Origin: Nitrososphaeraceae archaeon
Lineage (GTDB): Archaea; Thermoproteota; Nitrososphaeria; Nitrososphaerales; Nitrososphaeraceae
Assembly: GCA_035250975.1 (NCBI GenBank)
Contig: DATFEP010000058.1
Span: 13,723-77,722, forward strand
DNA length: 64,000 nucleotides
Direction of reading: 5' to 3'
The position numbers and the translations under genes are program-made. Shown one piece after another: positions 63,607 through 64,000 of the stretch (positions within the stretch are counted from its first letter, which is position 1; each line of letters opens with the position of its first letter). The notes under the pieces are model-generated. The model did no database searches. It was given only the letters and a program-made list of their open reading frames with translations, and was not told the DNA's origin.

Positions 63607-64000
63607 ATGAACTATGAGAAAGAAATTAATGCCGTCGAAGGAGAAGTTATAAATCCAGACGGAAGTGTTATACCAACTATAGAGTCTGAAAATATATCGA
63701 AGGAGAAAGAAAAGTATGTTATTTCAAAAGAGGATATTCCTACATTTAATAAAATTTTAGTGACAGATGATGGCAAAGATATATCAAATAAAGCTCTGAA
63801 TTATGCTATTTCATTATCCAATTCAACAGAGGCGGAAATAGTAATTTTACGTATAATAGAAGATGTTGACCAATTAGATATCTCTGTTGAAGGTTCGAAA
63901 GATGTCAGTGAAAATAAAAATCTTGACAACGAAAATTTTGAACGAACTATCAAGGGAGAGATAATAAATTCAATGGAAGAAAAGATTAAGAATTGTCGGG
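63607..64000 (+). CDS. Universal stress protein (UspA family), truncated by the window end
   Basis: FNKILVTDDGKDISNKALNYAISLSNSTEAEIVILRII. Confidence 0.88.
   Translation, partial: MNYEKEINAVEGEVINPDGSVIPTIESENISKEKEKYVISKEDIPTFNKILVTDDGKDISNKALNYAISLSNSTEAEIVILRIIEDVDQLDISVEGSKDVSENKNLDNENFERTIKGEIINSMEEKIKNCR

Overview
This is an AT-rich archaeal chromosomal window. The alternative TFB, stand-alone receiver domains, HisKA kinases with a shared QKEFINIAAHELRTPTQS H-box, small C2H2 proteins and leaderless TATA-ATG spacing point to a soil ammonia-oxidising archaeon (Nitrososphaeraceae, Nitrosocosmicus-like); that assignment is inferred. The left end carries a complete V/A-type ATPase operon in the order K-E-C-F-A-B-D-H-I (Thermoplasmatales-like, probably acquired horizontally), with an unannotated 57-aa membrane ORF filling the D-H gap. 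The rest is a low-density accessory region rich in stress, desiccation and repair functions. These include Ku plus a fused three-domain LigD divergent from a HerA-like ATPase, ferritin-like proteins, a Dps pseudogene, UspA, CHRD, DUF421, PRC-barrel-like repeat proteins, LEA-like secreted proteins, sugar enzymes, two histidine kinases and three receivers. Several small ORFs missed by the ORF track, three pseudogenes and an IS1595 remnant can be read directly. Two GC-richer intergenic elements (about 52.59-52.84 kb and 38.68-38.83 kb) have extensive base-pairing potential and look like unannotated structured RNAs. No rRNA, tRNA or CRISPR array was seen. All calls come from motif recognition by eye, without database searches.
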